DNA of 64,000 nucleotides from Acidobacteriota bacterium (GCA_965217775.1 CBDCJH010000002.1:352001-416000), one strand, 5' to 3'; positions 31,297 through 41,852 are shown, numbered from the stretch's first letter. The notes: a model not told the origin generated them from the sequence alone. Translations and numbers: made by a program.

Positions 31297-32673
31297 CTAG
31301 CGGCGGCCGCAGCACTTCTTGTACTTCTTGCCGCTACCGCAGAGGCAGGGATCGTTTCGTCCGGGGCGGCGTCTTCCCTGAACTGCCAGATCCTGCCGCC
31401 GGACCCAGGTCATGACGTTGGCTGGGGCTCGTCCCTGACGAAGCTCTCCCGCCATGAAACGCATATAGGGGTCGATATGCCCGAAGAAGAGTTTGTATCC
31501 GGCGCAGAGGTAGTTGAGCCCCTCCTCCCCCTGGGGTGTCCGGATGAAGCGGTGCTTGGGACACTCGCCGTTGCAGGCGAACCGGACCTCGCATTCCCGG
31601 CAGTAGCGGGGGAGGAGGTCCCGCTTGTTCTGGCCGAAACGGACCTGGCTGGAGGAGGTGACCAGGGACCCCATGGGGTCCTCCATGATGTTGCCCAGGA
31701 GGTTTTCGGGGTAGACGTAGTGGTCGCAGGAATAGAGGTCTCCGTTGTGTTCCAGGGCCAGGGCCGTGCCGCAGGTCTCGCGGAAGACACACAAGCTGGC
31801 GCTCATACCCATCCAACTCTCCAGGGCCACGTCGAAGATCTGCACGTAATACCGGCCCACGTCCCGCCGCACCCACTCGTCGAAAATGGTGCAGAGGAAC
31901 TTGCCGTACTGGACCGCTTCCACCGACCAGGGCGTCACCCGGGACGGCTCCCCCGAATCCGGGGAAATCAGCACCAGGCCGGCGTCGTCCGGCTGGTCCG
32001 AAACCCGCTCCACGATGGGAATGAATTGCATGAAGCGGCTACCCGCCTCCTTGAGAAAGCGGTACACCTCCAGGGGATGGCGGGAGTTGCTCCTTTGCAC
32101 CACGGTCAGCGTGTTGTACTCGACACCGTGTTTCCGGAGGTAGCCCAGTCCCCTCCTCACTCTTCGAAAGGAGGGGGCTCCCCCCTTGTCCACCCGGTAG
32201 CGGTCATGGAGACGCTCGGGCCCGTCGATGGAGATCCCCACCAGGAATCGGTTCTGGGCCAGGAACTCTCCCCAACGGTCGTCCAACAGGACGCCGTTGG
32301 TCTGAAAGCCGTTCTCGATCTTTTTGCCCGCCGCGTACTTGGCCTGTAGCCGGACCACCTTCCGGAAGAAATCCACACCCAGGAGGGTGGGCTCGCCCCC
32401 CTGCCAGGCGAAGCTGATGACCGGCGCGCTCTGGGACTCGATGTACTGGCGGACGTAGGATTCCAGGACCTCGTCCCGCATCGCCCACCGTGACGTATCT
32501 GCGTAGAGGTTCTCCTTTTCCAGGTAGAAGCAGTACTTGCAGTCCAGGTTGCAGATGGGTCCCGTGGGCTTGGTGAGGACGTGGAAGGCCTTGATTTCAG
32601 CGGGGGCAGCCGACGGGTTCATCTTGGGAGTCACCTGGGACAAGTCTACACCGCCACCGCTTCTGGTTGACAT
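31297..32673 (-). CDS. Anaerobic sulfatase-maturating radical SAM/SPASM enzyme with C-terminal SEC-C motif
   Basis: CNLDCKYC, WQGGEP, YSCDH, CxxC...CNGECPK, NYLC; tail GRNDPCLCGSGKKYKKCC. Confidence 0.9.
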   Translation of the reverse strand: MSTRSGGGVDLSQVTPKMNPSAAPAEIKAFHVLTKPTGPICNLDCKYCFYLEKENLYADTSRWAMRDEVLESYVRQYIESQSAPVISFAWQGGEPTLLGVDFFRKVVRLQAKYAAGKKIENGFQTNGVLLDDRWGEFLAQNRFLVGISIDGPERLHDRYRVDKGGAPSFRRVRRGLGYLRKHGVEYNTLTVVQRSNSRHPLEVYRFLKEAGSRFMQFIPIVERVSDQPDDAGLVLISPDSGEPSRVTPWSVEAVQYGKFLCTIFDEWVRRDVGRYYVQIFDVALESWMGMSASLCVFRETCGTALALEHNGDLYSCDHYVYPENLLGNIMEDPMGSLVTSSSQVRFGQNKRDLLPRYCRECEVRFACNGECPKHRFIRTPQGEEGLNYLCAGYKLFFGHIDPYMRFMAGELRQGRAPANVMTWVRRQDLAVQGRRRPGRNDPCLCGSGKKYKKCCGRR

Positions 32674-32676
32674 GCA

Positions 32677-34098
32677 TCAGCCGCGGCCTGCGGCCGTCCC
32701 GATAATATCGAGCTTCTCGTCGCTCAGATAACCATACCGGTTGATCCAGCAACCATGCCGGCTCGCCGCCATGGCGGTCTCCAGGCGGTTTCGGAAGTCC
32801 TTGGCCGGCCCGTAACCATGCGCCAGGGCGTAGACAGGGGTCTCGCCCGCTTCAAGCTGGGCCTGGACGATCTTGCGGTGCTGGGCCGCGGCGCCGGCCG
32901 GATGCGGTTCGTCGGGGGCCGGATAGTAGAGATCCTCCAGCCGTTCGGGAGCCCATTCATCGGAGATGCCGAACAGACGAACCAGCGCTCTCGCCAGTAG
33001 CGAACCGGAGATTCCCGGATTGGCCTGGCGCAGTTGGTCACCGTAGAACCGGAGCATCATGGGCCAGTGCATCGTATAGAGCTTGACCGAGATGGCTGAG
33101 CTGTACCGGCCGACCAGGCGGTAGTCCATTCCCGAGAACGTGTTCCAGGGAGGCGGAAACGCGTTGGACCACAGCTCCATATGACCTGCGCCCGTTTCAT
33201 CCATGGTCTTGCGGAACCCTGCGTGCAACGATTCCACCAGCTTGGCCTTGAATCGGATCCAGTCCGCTAGGCCGGCGGAATCCGGCAGGAGGCGCCGCCG
33301 GGCCTCGGCGGGGCTCCCGGCTTCGGCACAGGCCGACAGATCGGAATCGTCGAGGTCACCATGAAGCCGGGCGTAAGTTTTGGCGGCGGCGCGGCGCATC
33401 CGGTCGACATCGAATCCCATCGCTTCCGCTTCTCTCCGGGCCGGCTCGCCGAAGTCGAGGAAGATGGAGTCTAGGAGGTAGGGGGGATATTCGGGCCAGT
33501 CCACTCGAAGGCCGTTGAGGTCCGGGTACTGCCGGCAGAGGTCCCGGATCAGCGCGTGGGCATACTCCCGGATGTGAGGACTGGCCAGGCTTCCGTTGGC
33601 CGAGAGACGGCGTTTGGGAATGCTTCCGTCGGGCAGGCGAGGAATGTCTTCGAGTTCCGGTTTCCCGAACTGAACCCGGTAACCCGGGGGGATGGCCGCC
33701 TGAACCTGCAGGTAGACCTTCAGTCCCCGGGATCGGGCGGCCTGGATGAACCGCTCGACCATGGGACCTTGTTCGGCGGTCAGGCCGTCGGGCGACGGAG
33801 GCTGATAGCGCAGACCGCGATAGAGGCGGAAATCGGGGCGGAAGCTCGGGGCCGTCCGGGTCCGGAGTTCCTGCTTCCTCCAGAGCGGCCGATCCAGCCG
33901 CCGGACCTTCCCGGCTCCGGCGTCGATGGGAGGCTCCCGGAAACCGGACTGCGAGTCCGCCGGCTGCATCACGTACGGCGAAGTCGTCACCGCCGTGACC
34001 CCGGCACGACTCTGCAGGTTGTCGAGCACGCCGTTGACGGACTCGCTCTGGAAGTACTCGGGCAGCAGAGTGACGCCGATGAACTCTGAGCCGGCCAA
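32677..34098 (-). CDS. Hypothetical protein (possibly glycoside-hydrolase-like barrel)
   Basis: 473-aa ORF tightly spaced between vapC and anSME. The YPDLNGLRVDWPEY segment recalls GH-like proteins. Function not recognised. Confidence 0.6.
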   Translation of the reverse strand: MAGSEFIGVTLLPEYFQSESVNGVLDNLQSRAGVTAVTTSPYVMQPADSQSGFREPPIDAGAGKVRRLDRPLWRKQELRTRTAPSFRPDFRLYRGLRYQPPSPDGLTAEQGPMVERFIQAARSRGLKVYLQVQAAIPPGYRVQFGKPELEDIPRLPDGSIPKRRLSANGSLASPHIREYAHALIRDLCRQYPDLNGLRVDWPEYPPYLLDSIFLDFGEPARREAEAMGFDVDRMRRAAAKTYARLHGDLDDSDLSACAEAGSPAEARRRLLPDSAGLADWIRFKAKLVESLHAGFRKTMDETGAGHMELWSNAFPPPWNTFSGMDYRLVGRYSSAISVKLYTMHWPMMLRFYGDQLRQANPGISGSLLARALVRLFGISDEWAPERLEDLYYPAPDEPHPAGAAAQHRKIVQAQLEAGETPVYALAHGYGPAKDFRNRLETAMAASRHGCWINRYGYLSDEKLDIIGTAAGRG

Positions 34099-34107
34099 CG
34101 TATCTTC

Positions 34108-34482
34108 CTACATCAACTTGAGACCGGGCAGATCGCCGAAGTCGTCGTAGTTCAGAGTCCAGAGGGCAGCACCCTGCGCCAGCGCGCAGGCCGCCACGGC
34201 GAGATCGACCTCGCGCCCCCGGGGGCGAGGCGTCTGCCGGTAAAGCATCGCGGCTTGGGCGGCAGCTTCGGCATCGAGCGGGACTGCTGCGCGGCGCGGA
34301 AACATCTCCTCCTGCACCTGCAACTCTGCTGTCGTGCGGGGCCCGCGCAGCCATTCATACAGCACGATCGTCGACAGGATCACCCGGTGGCCTTCCGCCA
34401 CGAATGCCGACAGCCGTTCCAGCGAACGGCGAGGGCCTGTGAGCGCATCGATGAGCGCCGACGTATCGAGATGAATCGTCAC
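34108..34482 (-). CDS. vapC: VapC-family PIN toxin
   Basis: IHLDTSALID, VLYEW, DLAVAA and WTLNYDDF motifs; GTG start at 34482. Confidence 0.87.
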   Translation of the reverse strand: MTIHLDTSALIDALTGPRRSLERLSAFVAEGHRVILSTIVLYEWLRGPRTTAELQVQEEMFPRRAAVPLDAEAAAQAAMLYRQTPRPRGREVDLAVAACALAQGAALWTLNYDDFGDLPGLKLM

Positions 34483-34760
34483 GGCGTTTGCCCGGGTCGT
34501 CCGCCGTGGCGTCGCGCGGCCCGCACCGCGCGGATCTCGGCATCGACGCTCTGCTCGGAGCGGGTCACCGGTGCGTCGCGCAGGCGGTCGAGCACCGCCA
34601 GCAGACGAAGCCTTTCCCGTTCGCTGAGCCGATCCTTCCGGGCGGCGTAGTCGGCGACTGCTTCCCGGACGACATGGCTCTGCGCCATCCCGAGAAGGTC
34701 CGCCATCCGACGGATCTGCCGCACCGTCGCCTCGTGGAGAGAGTAAGTGACCTTTACCAT
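34479..34760 (-). CDS. RHH/CopG-like antitoxin
   Basis: MVKVTYSL...QSHVVREAV; overlaps the PIN gene start by 4 nt. Confidence 0.78.
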   Translation of the reverse strand: MVKVTYSLHEATVRQIRRMADLLGMAQSHVVREAVADYAARKDRLSERERLRLLAVLDRLRDAPVTRSEQSVDAEIRAVRAARRHGGRPGQTP

Positions 34761-34840
34761 ACTGATGCAATACTACCATAATAGCTGACCGGCTTCCCGC
34801 ATTCCGGCGGAGCACGACCAGGATATGCCTCCAACTTCGC

Positions 34841-37800
34841 TCAGATCCCCAGCAACCATCCTTCCGCCGGCTGTCCCATGATCTGTTTCAGTCCGTACAC
34901 ATACCACTGCACCTGGCGCAGGTAACCGGGATCGTCCGGTTTGAGGTGGACGTCGGTCTTGAAGTCCACCACGACCCAGCGGCCGTCCTCCAGATAGGCG
35001 AGATCGATCGTCCCCTCCAGCAGTTGGCCTTCCGCAACGGTGAGGAGAAATGGGAGCTCCCGGTGGCGCCTTGGGGCGGCTCGTGCCCGTTCCAGCAACG
35101 AATGGTCCAGGGCAGAGCGCACGGCCTGGATGGCGAACCTGCGCTCCGGGTTGGTCACGCCCAGGACCCTGCCATGGAGCCGCGCAAGCCTTCGGATCTC
35201 CGGCTCGTCGGCGTCCAGGTGGACGTCCCGCAACAGGGTGTGGACCAGGGTCCCGAACCTGGGTCCCGAGGGCCGGGAGTCGGGAATCGGATGAGTCTCC
35301 AGCCCCACGGAGGGACGCTCGGGAGGGTCACCCGGCGAGGGTTCCCCGGTGACCGTCAACACTTGCAGTGTTGGCCGGGACCCGGACTGAAGCGCCAGCC
35401 GTCGTCCTTCCCGCCACTGCCGGTAGCGGGCGAGGCCCTCTTGTCCGGCCCGGCCCCGTTCGTCGTCGGCCAGGATCCGTTCCCGCTGCAGGCCGAAGTT
35501 GGGACGAACCGTCAGGTCCAGCAACTCGGGGTCCCACCAGACCAGGGGATGATCCCCCGTCTGCGGTCGGTGGAGGCCGGGGCGGATGCAGGGCTGGATT
35601 CGGCCCTTGGGGTTCTGGAGCAGACTGCGAGGCCCGAAGCTGGGGCATCCTGGAGCCGGTTGTCCGCGGCTCCAGGCCGTCCGGGCCGGATAGATGGCCT
35701 GCTCCAGGGGAGCCAACCATTCCAGCTTCGATCTCGGCCTGGGGCCCACTCCCAGCCCGGGGACCACCAGCAGATCCCGGGCTCGCGTCGCCGCCACGTA
35801 GGCGAGGCGGACCCCCTCCGCCCGGTCCCGTGCCGCCTCGACGTCCTGATGGTCCAACAATTCCCAGGGGACGCATCCCATGAGGCTGAATGCCGCCAGG
35901 TTGCGGCTCGAATCGACGAATTTGTCGGGACGGAAGGAGGAGAGGTGGGCCGTCGTGTCGGCCAGGATCACCACGGGAAACTCCAACCCCTTGGCGTTAT
36001 GGACGGTCATCAGATGGACCCCGTCGACCCCTTCTTCCGACACCTGGGCCCCGGCCCCGGTCCGCCGCCGGGCCAGTCTCTCCAGATGCTCCACGAAGCC
36101 CCGGAACGAGCCTCCTCCGCCGGTCTCGAAAGCCCGGGCCAGATCGCAGACCCGTTGCAGGTTGGCCAGTACCTGGCGTCCGGCCGGGCGCAGGGCGAAT
36201 CCCGCATGAGCTCGAGTTTGAGCCAGGAGCCGGGAAAGGGTTTCGGCGACGGGGCGCCGGTTGCGCCGTCGATGCAGAAGGGCCAGGATCTCCAGCGCCT
36301 CGGCCACCGGCTTCAGGTCGTCATGCAGATCTTCGGGACGAGGACGGAACGGATGGAGTGAACCGTATCGGTCCCTGAAGCGCAGCAACAGCGAATCCCG
36401 GATCCAGAAGAGGGAGCCGCGGAGCGTCGCGTAGACCGAGAGTTCGTCGTCTGGCCGTTCGAGAGCGCTCAGGGCCACCCGCAGGGTCTCGACTTCTTCC
36501 CGCTGATGGAAGGATCGGGAGCCCATCAGGACGTGGGGCACCCCCCGGATCTCGAGTCCCCTGGCGTATTCACGCGTGACGTCCCGTCTCCAACTGACGA
36601 AGCGCCGGAACAGGATGCAGACGTGGCCGGGGGAAATGGGGATGCGCCGGGTGGGGTCCTCGGGGTCGCCCACCTGCCAGCCGCTTTCTCGCAACAGCCA
36701 GTCCGTGAAGGCGGCGACGGTCTGGGGGAGGCTCTGCTCGATGGCCGCGTTGGCCAGGTTCCCCCATTTGCTGTAGGGCTCCGGCACCGGAAGGGCGATG
36801 AGCGCCGGCTGGTCCGGTGCGGCCGTTCGGTGGCTCTCGAGGGGAACGTAGTCCGGTTGTCCGCTGACGGGGTCGGCCTTCATCTCCGGCGCGAAGGCCG
36901 CGTTGACGGCCAGTTGCAGAGGCCGCACGGAGCGGAAGTTTCGCTTCAGGTGGACCACTTTCACCCCGGCGGCCTCGAGGATCTCCTTGATCTCCTGGTA
37001 CAGGACCACGTCGGCGCGGCGGAACCGATAGATCGACTGCTTGGGATCTCCCACCAGAAAGAGCTTTCCGGGAGCGGGCCGGACCCTGCGCCAGTCCGTC
37101 TCCTGCGCGTCATCCGCCGACAGAAGCAGTAATATCTCCGCCTGCAGGGCGTCCGTGTCCTGGAACTCGTCGACGAAGATGTGGCTGAAGTGTTCCTGGA
37201 AATCCCGCCGGACGGACGGACGGTCCCGAATCAGGTTGCGAGTCTTGATCAGCAGGTCCATGAAGTCGAGTCGGCTGGTCTGTTCCTTGAGTGCCTCGTA
37301 GAACGGGGCCACCTCCAGCAGTTCCTCCCGGAGCAGAGCGGCCAGATCGGCGTCGGCGCATCGTATGAAATCCTCCAGTTCCCGGAGCAGATCTTCCCGC
37401 GCCCGGACCACCACCACCCGGGGCAGTCCCGGACCGTATTCTCCGGTCCGGCTCGGCCGGAAGAAGGGGGACCTCAACCGGCGCTTCAGACGGAGCAGTC
37501 GCCCTTCGAGGCGATCGTAGTCGCGGGGCCGTTCCAGTTCGAAGCGCCGGACCCAGGCGTCCAGATCCCGGACCGGACCCAGTTCCTGCCGCAGCCGATC
37601 CCGCCGGTTGGCCGCCCGATCGCTGGTGGCTGCCAATTCCCGGATCCGGCTGATCAGGTCGTCCAAAAGCGCTTCCCGGTCGAAGACCTCCCGTCTCCAG
37701 GAACTCCCGTAGTCGCGCCATTCCATGAGTTTCCAGGCGGCCGAGCGGAGCTGGTCCAGAGGCGAGCCGAAGTCGGCTCCCTGCCCGATCAGGGAGCGCT

Positions 37801-38314
37801 GGAGGGCCCGGGCCAGACCCGGCGCCGGGTGGGCCAGCCGGGTTTCCATCCATTGTCGAAAGGCCCTCCGGAAGAGACGGGACCCCTCATCCTCCGAGAG
37901 TTCCCGGAAATCGGGGTCGACGCCGGCCTCCACCGGCCGCTTTCGAAGCAGGTCCGCGCAGAAGGAGTGGATGGTGGAGATGCTGGCTTCCTCCAGCCCC
38001 GCCACCGCCCGCTCCAGATTCCGGATCTCGATCGGGTCCGAAGCATTCCGCCGGGCTCGGTCCAGAGCCTCCCGCAGACGCAGCTTCAGCTCCCCGGCCG
38101 CCTTGCGGGTGAAGGTGACGGCGGCGATCCCGTCGACACGGGCGCGGCCGCCGGCCAGAATGGCCACCAGGCGCCGGACCAGCTCGCTGGTCTTGCCCGT
38201 GCCCGCCGCCGCCTCCACCAGAAGGCTGACGTCCAGGGAGTTTCGGATGGCCCGCCGCCCGGCAGAATCGGAAGGAGAGGAAACCTGGGGACCGAACTTC
38301 AAGGAATCGTTCAT
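34841..38314 (-). CDS. addA: AddA/RecB-like UvrD helicase with C-terminal PD-(D/E)XK nuclease
   Basis: EAAAGTGKT, TFTRKAA, TIHSF, VDEFQD, VGDPKQSIYRFR, TVHNAKGLEF, YVAATRA and GTID...DFKT motifs. Confidence 0.85.
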   Translation of the reverse strand: MNDSLKFGPQVSSPSDSAGRRAIRNSLDVSLLVEAAAGTGKTSELVRRLVAILAGGRARVDGIAAVTFTRKAAGELKLRLREALDRARRNASDPIEIRNLERAVAGLEEASISTIHSFCADLLRKRPVEAGVDPDFRELSEDEGSRLFRRAFRQWMETRLAHPAPGLARALQRSLIGQGADFGSPLDQLRSAAWKLMEWRDYGSSWRREVFDREALLDDLISRIRELAATSDRAANRRDRLRQELGPVRDLDAWVRRFELERPRDYDRLEGRLLRLKRRLRSPFFRPSRTGEYGPGLPRVVVVRAREDLLRELEDFIRCADADLAALLREELLEVAPFYEALKEQTSRLDFMDLLIKTRNLIRDRPSVRRDFQEHFSHIFVDEFQDTDALQAEILLLLSADDAQETDWRRVRPAPGKLFLVGDPKQSIYRFRRADVVLYQEIKEILEAAGVKVVHLKRNFRSVRPLQLAVNAAFAPEMKADPVSGQPDYVPLESHRTAAPDQPALIALPVPEPYSKWGNLANAAIEQSLPQTVAAFTDWLLRESGWQVGDPEDPTRRIPISPGHVCILFRRFVSWRRDVTREYARGLEIRGVPHVLMGSRSFHQREEVETLRVALSALERPDDELSVYATLRGSLFWIRDSLLLRFRDRYGSLHPFRPRPEDLHDDLKPVAEALEILALLHRRRNRRPVAETLSRLLAQTRAHAGFALRPAGRQVLANLQRVCDLARAFETGGGGSFRGFVEHLERLARRRTGAGAQVSEEGVDGVHLMTVHNAKGLEFPVVILADTTAHLSSFRPDKFVDSSRNLAAFSLMGCVPWELLDHQDVEAARDRAEGVRLAYVAATRARDLLVVPGLGVGPRPRSKLEWLAPLEQAIYPARTAWSRGQPAPGCPSFGPRSLLQNPKGRIQPCIRPGLHRPQTGDHPLVWWDPELLDLTVRPNFGLQRERILADDERGRAGQEGLARYRQWREGRRLALQSGSRPTLQVLTVTGEPSPGDPPERPSVGLETHPIPDSRPSGPRFGTLVHTLLRDVHLDADEPEIRRLARLHGRVLGVTNPERRFAIQAVRSALDHSLLERARAAPRRHRELPFLLTVAEGQLLEGTIDLAYLEDGRWVVVDFKTDVHLKPDDPGYLRQVQWYVYGLKQIMGQPAEGWLLGI

Positions 38315-38322
38315 GGGGTCGC

Positions 38323-41300
38323 TCAGGGAAGATTCCGGATCTGCCGGAGTGGCTCCAAGGGCCGGCTTTCCTTCAGGCCGGTCCGAAGTTCTTCATACGG
38401 ACCGCAGACGGCCCGGTAATCGCAGGAGGCGCAACTCTCCTCGCGAGGTGCGGCCGGAAGGAAGCCCTCGCCCACGGCCCGGTCGATGGTCTCGAGGACC
38501 TCTCCGATCCGATGCCGGCCCTCCCGGTCGAGCCGGATCCGTTGGACCTGGAAGTTTCCCCTCTGGGTGCAGTAGTCGAGGCGGCCCCCCACGACCCGGA
38601 GACCGCGCAGTTCCTGCAAGGCCAGGGAGTAGAGAAGAGGCTGGAGCGTTTCCCCGCGTCCCACGGACTGGGGCACGGGATCCTTGGCCTTTCCGGTCTT
38701 GTGGTCGGTGATCCGGAGGACGCGGTGCGAGGGATGCATCTCCACCAGATCGATGATCCCCCGGAGCCGCATTCCGTCCAGGATGGCGGCTTCTTCGGGA
38801 GTGCTTTCGGGGTCCCGATCCTCCCCGCCGGCGAGGCCGAAGGCGTAGTCGAAGTGGATCGGCACCCATCCGTCGGGCTCCTGGCTGGCGCTTCGGATCC
38901 AGGTCCGAAGGTCGACCCGCAGGTCTTCGACCTCCGACTCCCACAGCGCAGGGAGAGTGGGAGCCAGCCGCTCCCGAAAGCTCCCGGCGACCTGGTTCAG
39001 CACCTGGTCCGCCCGGCTCAGGATCGGCTCCAACCTCCCTGCGTTCATGGGCAGCAGGTCCTCTTCCCGGAGGCGGCGAAAGAGCCGGAACTGCACTTCA
39101 TGGAAGAGGGAGCCCCGGGTCAGGGGGTCCAGGCGCTCCAGCGCCAGGGACTCCTCTCTGGGCCGCAACCTCTGGATCGAGTGAAGGAAGAAGCGGTAGG
39201 GACACGCCGCGTATTTTTCCAGGTCCGTGGCGGAATAGCTGCGGTTGCGGAGGCGGTGCTTGCGCAGAATCCGGAGGGTCGCGGGATCGGACCGGGCCAG
39301 GATCCCGTCGTCGTCCGACCAGGCGGGGCGCCAGCGCTTGTAGCGTGCCCGCAGCGAGCGGGCCAGCCACGGATTGACCAGGAGCAGGTACCGGCCCTGG
39401 CCGGTGTCCTGCGATTTCGGCGCCTGCAGGACCGGCCCCAGCGTCGCCAGATCGTACTCGGCGTCGTCGATGGCCCGAGCCGGATCCCGGGGCGCCGTCC
39501 AGCCCAGCCGGGTGCTGGAGGCCGCGGCGCTCTTCCGCTCCAGTTCCTGGAGGTCAGGCAATTGGCCCAGGGCCCCGCGCATGAGCTCCAGGGCGTAGAG
39601 GGAAGGGACCCGGGACCGTCCCCGCACCAGATCCATGCGCGGGTAGGAGGCGAGGAGCCGCCGAGAGGCCGCCGCCAGCGCGATGCGCAGCAACCGGCGC
39701 TCCTCCTGGATCTTGTCCGCCAGCAGAGGAAGGTGGGCCGAGACCCGACGGCGCAGGGGGTCCAGGAGCAGTGGGTCCTCGTATGCCTTGCGGGGGAAGA
39801 TCCCCTCCGAGAGTCCGGGCAGACAGATCACCTGAAAGGACCGGCCACACGCCTCCCGCGGCGTCCCGACGAAGACCCGGCCGTAGGGTCTTTTCGGGGG
39901 GTCCCTTCTCAGGACGCCGAGGCGTTGACTCAGGACCTCCCTCACCTCGGTGAGAGTCACGGGTCCCACTTGCCCCATGGGCTCCAGTTCGGCCAGGAGG
40001 GACAGCACCGGCTCCGGCCGGTGAAGAGCCAGTGCGGACAGCCGCCGGAGCCGGTCCAACCAGGCTCGCCAGTTCTGCTGGTGAGGAAAGTCTCCCAGAA
40101 ACTCGATGACGGGCAGTGCGAAATCCCTCAGGTTCCGGAGCCGGTCCAACCGGTCCTGGAGCGCTTGTCCGGCCGCTTCGTTCCCCTCCGCCTCCCTCCG
40201 TCTCTGCTTCAGGATGAGATCCGATTCCAGACCGGCGAGCCGGCCTTCCCAGCGGTCCCTCCCGCCGATGACGGAGGCATCCACCAGAAGCCGCTCCCAG
40301 TGAGCTGGAGTTCTGAGGGTGCCGGCGATCACCGGAGAGCGGTCGTCCTCCGGGTCCGAATCGCCATCCGCCGCCGGTATCGCCGCGTCGCCGCCGCTCT
40401 TGAAGTTCATTTCCATGTCCTCCCCCGGACCGATCCAGGGAGGTTCCTGCTCGAGTCGTTCCGGGGAGGGGTGGTCCCTCGGGACCTGACCCAGGGAGAG
40501 GTACTCGGCGAATCGGCTGGCCGTGAGGCCCTCCTCGGCGCACTCCAAGAGAGTCAGAAGAGCCCGGCCGGCCGGGTCGGGACGCGAGATGCCGCGGCTG
40601 AAGTAACCGGGGATGCCGGCCCGGGCCAGCGCCTCCTCCATCTGGGGCTGGTAGGTCTCCGGATTGCGCAACAGGACCGCCATCTGGTCGAAGGGGGTTC
40701 CCCGCTTGGCCTCCTCCAGGAGGGAACGGGCGATCTCCACGCACTCGTGCCCCTCACCCAGGGCCGAAAAGAGTCGAAAGCCGGAATCCATGGGGCCGCC
40801 GGCAACGTCGCCGGCAGCGAATAGGTTTCTCCGAATCCGGCTCAGAGTGGCGCCGGCGTCCCCGTCCTCGAGCTGGGCCGCCGCGGCAGCCGAGCCTCCC
40901 AGAAGCGTCTGGAAGGCCTCCAATGCCGGTGCTTCACTGGAGAGAACCAGGGCCAGGGTCGCCGGAGACCCATCAATGAGGGACCTGTAGAAGCGGAACT
41001 CGGTCCGCGATCGGGGAGGAACGTCCAATAGCACCAGGGGAAGGCCGGACCAGGGGGAATCCTCCTTCAGAGCCCGGGTGGCCAGCTCCAACAGCGTGGC
41101 CCGGTCGGCCAGGGAATGTACCTGAAGCTCCTGGGTGTACAACTCCAGCAGCAGGGCCAGGTCGGGTCCGGCCCCTTTGCATTGCGCCAACGGGTCGCCG
41201 TCGGCGTGAGACAGACGAAGGTCCAGCAGCGTGGACGCCAGAGAGCGGGAGAAGCCGGGCGTTCCCGAGACGGGAGCAAAATAGCCCGGCGTGTCTGCTT

Positions 41301-41604
41301 CCCGGCTCCGGTAGCTTGCCCGAGCAGCCAGGGCCTCCAGTCCCAGACGACTCAGGGGAGCCATACCCGCATTGGCCAACTTCGGGGTCGCCAGAGCCGC
41401 CGCCAGTTGAGCCGGTGTCCACCGATGGAGTCCCAATCGGCCCTGGTTACTCAGGGAAAGCGCCCGCGACAATTCGTCCGCGGCCGCGCGGGTCGAGCCC
41501 AGAATCAGAATCTCGCCGGGGCAGTCCAGGGAATCGAGCCAAAGTTCCACCGCAGCCGGAACAGACTCGTATCGTGTGACCTCCTGAATGCGATTGGACG
41601 ACAT
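38323..41604 (-). CDS. addB: AddB-like inactive helicase/PD-(D/E)XK nuclease with Fe-S cysteines
   Basis: SATDLEKYAACPYRFF, RGSLFH, LRGIID...DHKTG and CASCDYRAVC motifs; directly upstream of the addA-like gene. Confidence 0.8.
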   Translation of the reverse strand: MSSNRIQEVTRYESVPAAVELWLDSLDCPGEILILGSTRAAADELSRALSLSNQGRLGLHRWTPAQLAAALATPKLANAGMAPLSRLGLEALAARASYRSREADTPGYFAPVSGTPGFSRSLASTLLDLRLSHADGDPLAQCKGAGPDLALLLELYTQELQVHSLADRATLLELATRALKEDSPWSGLPLVLLDVPPRSRTEFRFYRSLIDGSPATLALVLSSEAPALEAFQTLLGGSAAAAAQLEDGDAGATLSRIRRNLFAAGDVAGGPMDSGFRLFSALGEGHECVEIARSLLEEAKRGTPFDQMAVLLRNPETYQPQMEEALARAGIPGYFSRGISRPDPAGRALLTLLECAEEGLTASRFAEYLSLGQVPRDHPSPERLEQEPPWIGPGEDMEMNFKSGGDAAIPAADGDSDPEDDRSPVIAGTLRTPAHWERLLVDASVIGGRDRWEGRLAGLESDLILKQRRREAEGNEAAGQALQDRLDRLRNLRDFALPVIEFLGDFPHQQNWRAWLDRLRRLSALALHRPEPVLSLLAELEPMGQVGPVTLTEVREVLSQRLGVLRRDPPKRPYGRVFVGTPREACGRSFQVICLPGLSEGIFPRKAYEDPLLLDPLRRRVSAHLPLLADKIQEERRLLRIALAAASRRLLASYPRMDLVRGRSRVPSLYALELMRGALGQLPDLQELERKSAAASSTRLGWTAPRDPARAIDDAEYDLATLGPVLQAPKSQDTGQGRYLLLVNPWLARSLRARYKRWRPAWSDDDGILARSDPATLRILRKHRLRNRSYSATDLEKYAACPYRFFLHSIQRLRPREESLALERLDPLTRGSLFHEVQFRLFRRLREEDLLPMNAGRLEPILSRADQVLNQVAGSFRERLAPTLPALWESEVEDLRVDLRTWIRSASQEPDGWVPIHFDYAFGLAGGEDRDPESTPEEAAILDGMRLRGIIDLVEMHPSHRVLRITDHKTGKAKDPVPQSVGRGETLQPLLYSLALQELRGLRVVGGRLDYCTQRGNFQVQRIRLDREGRHRIGEVLETIDRAVGEGFLPAAPREESCASCDYRAVCGPYEELRTGLKESRPLEPLRQIRNLP

Positions 41605-41612
41605 GCGTTAGT

Positions 41613-41830
41613 AGGAAAGAGTAAAGAGAAAAGAGGAAAGAGAGAAGGGGAGACATTCGCGTAGACGAGAAGAGACCCGGAAACGAGATTGTCGAGTCCC
41701 GTCAATCGAAGTTCACTTCCGATAGTGATATTGCCGCAAATTCTCCGGCCAGCACCCGGTGAGAGGTGCTCCCCACTCTTTTCTCTTTCCTCTTTTCTCG
41801 TTTCCTCATCCCGCGTTTCCTCATCCCGCC
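41613..41830. repeat. Inverted purine/pyrimidine heptamer arrays in a divergent intergenic region
   Basis: aggaaag agtaaag agaaaag aggaaag agagaag (~41613-41648) faces ctctttt/ctctttc runs (~41776-41805). These are followed by a doubled GTTTCCTCATCCCGC. Confidence 0.6.
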
Positions 41831-41852
41831 GTAGTAGACTGTCCCCAAGGCA

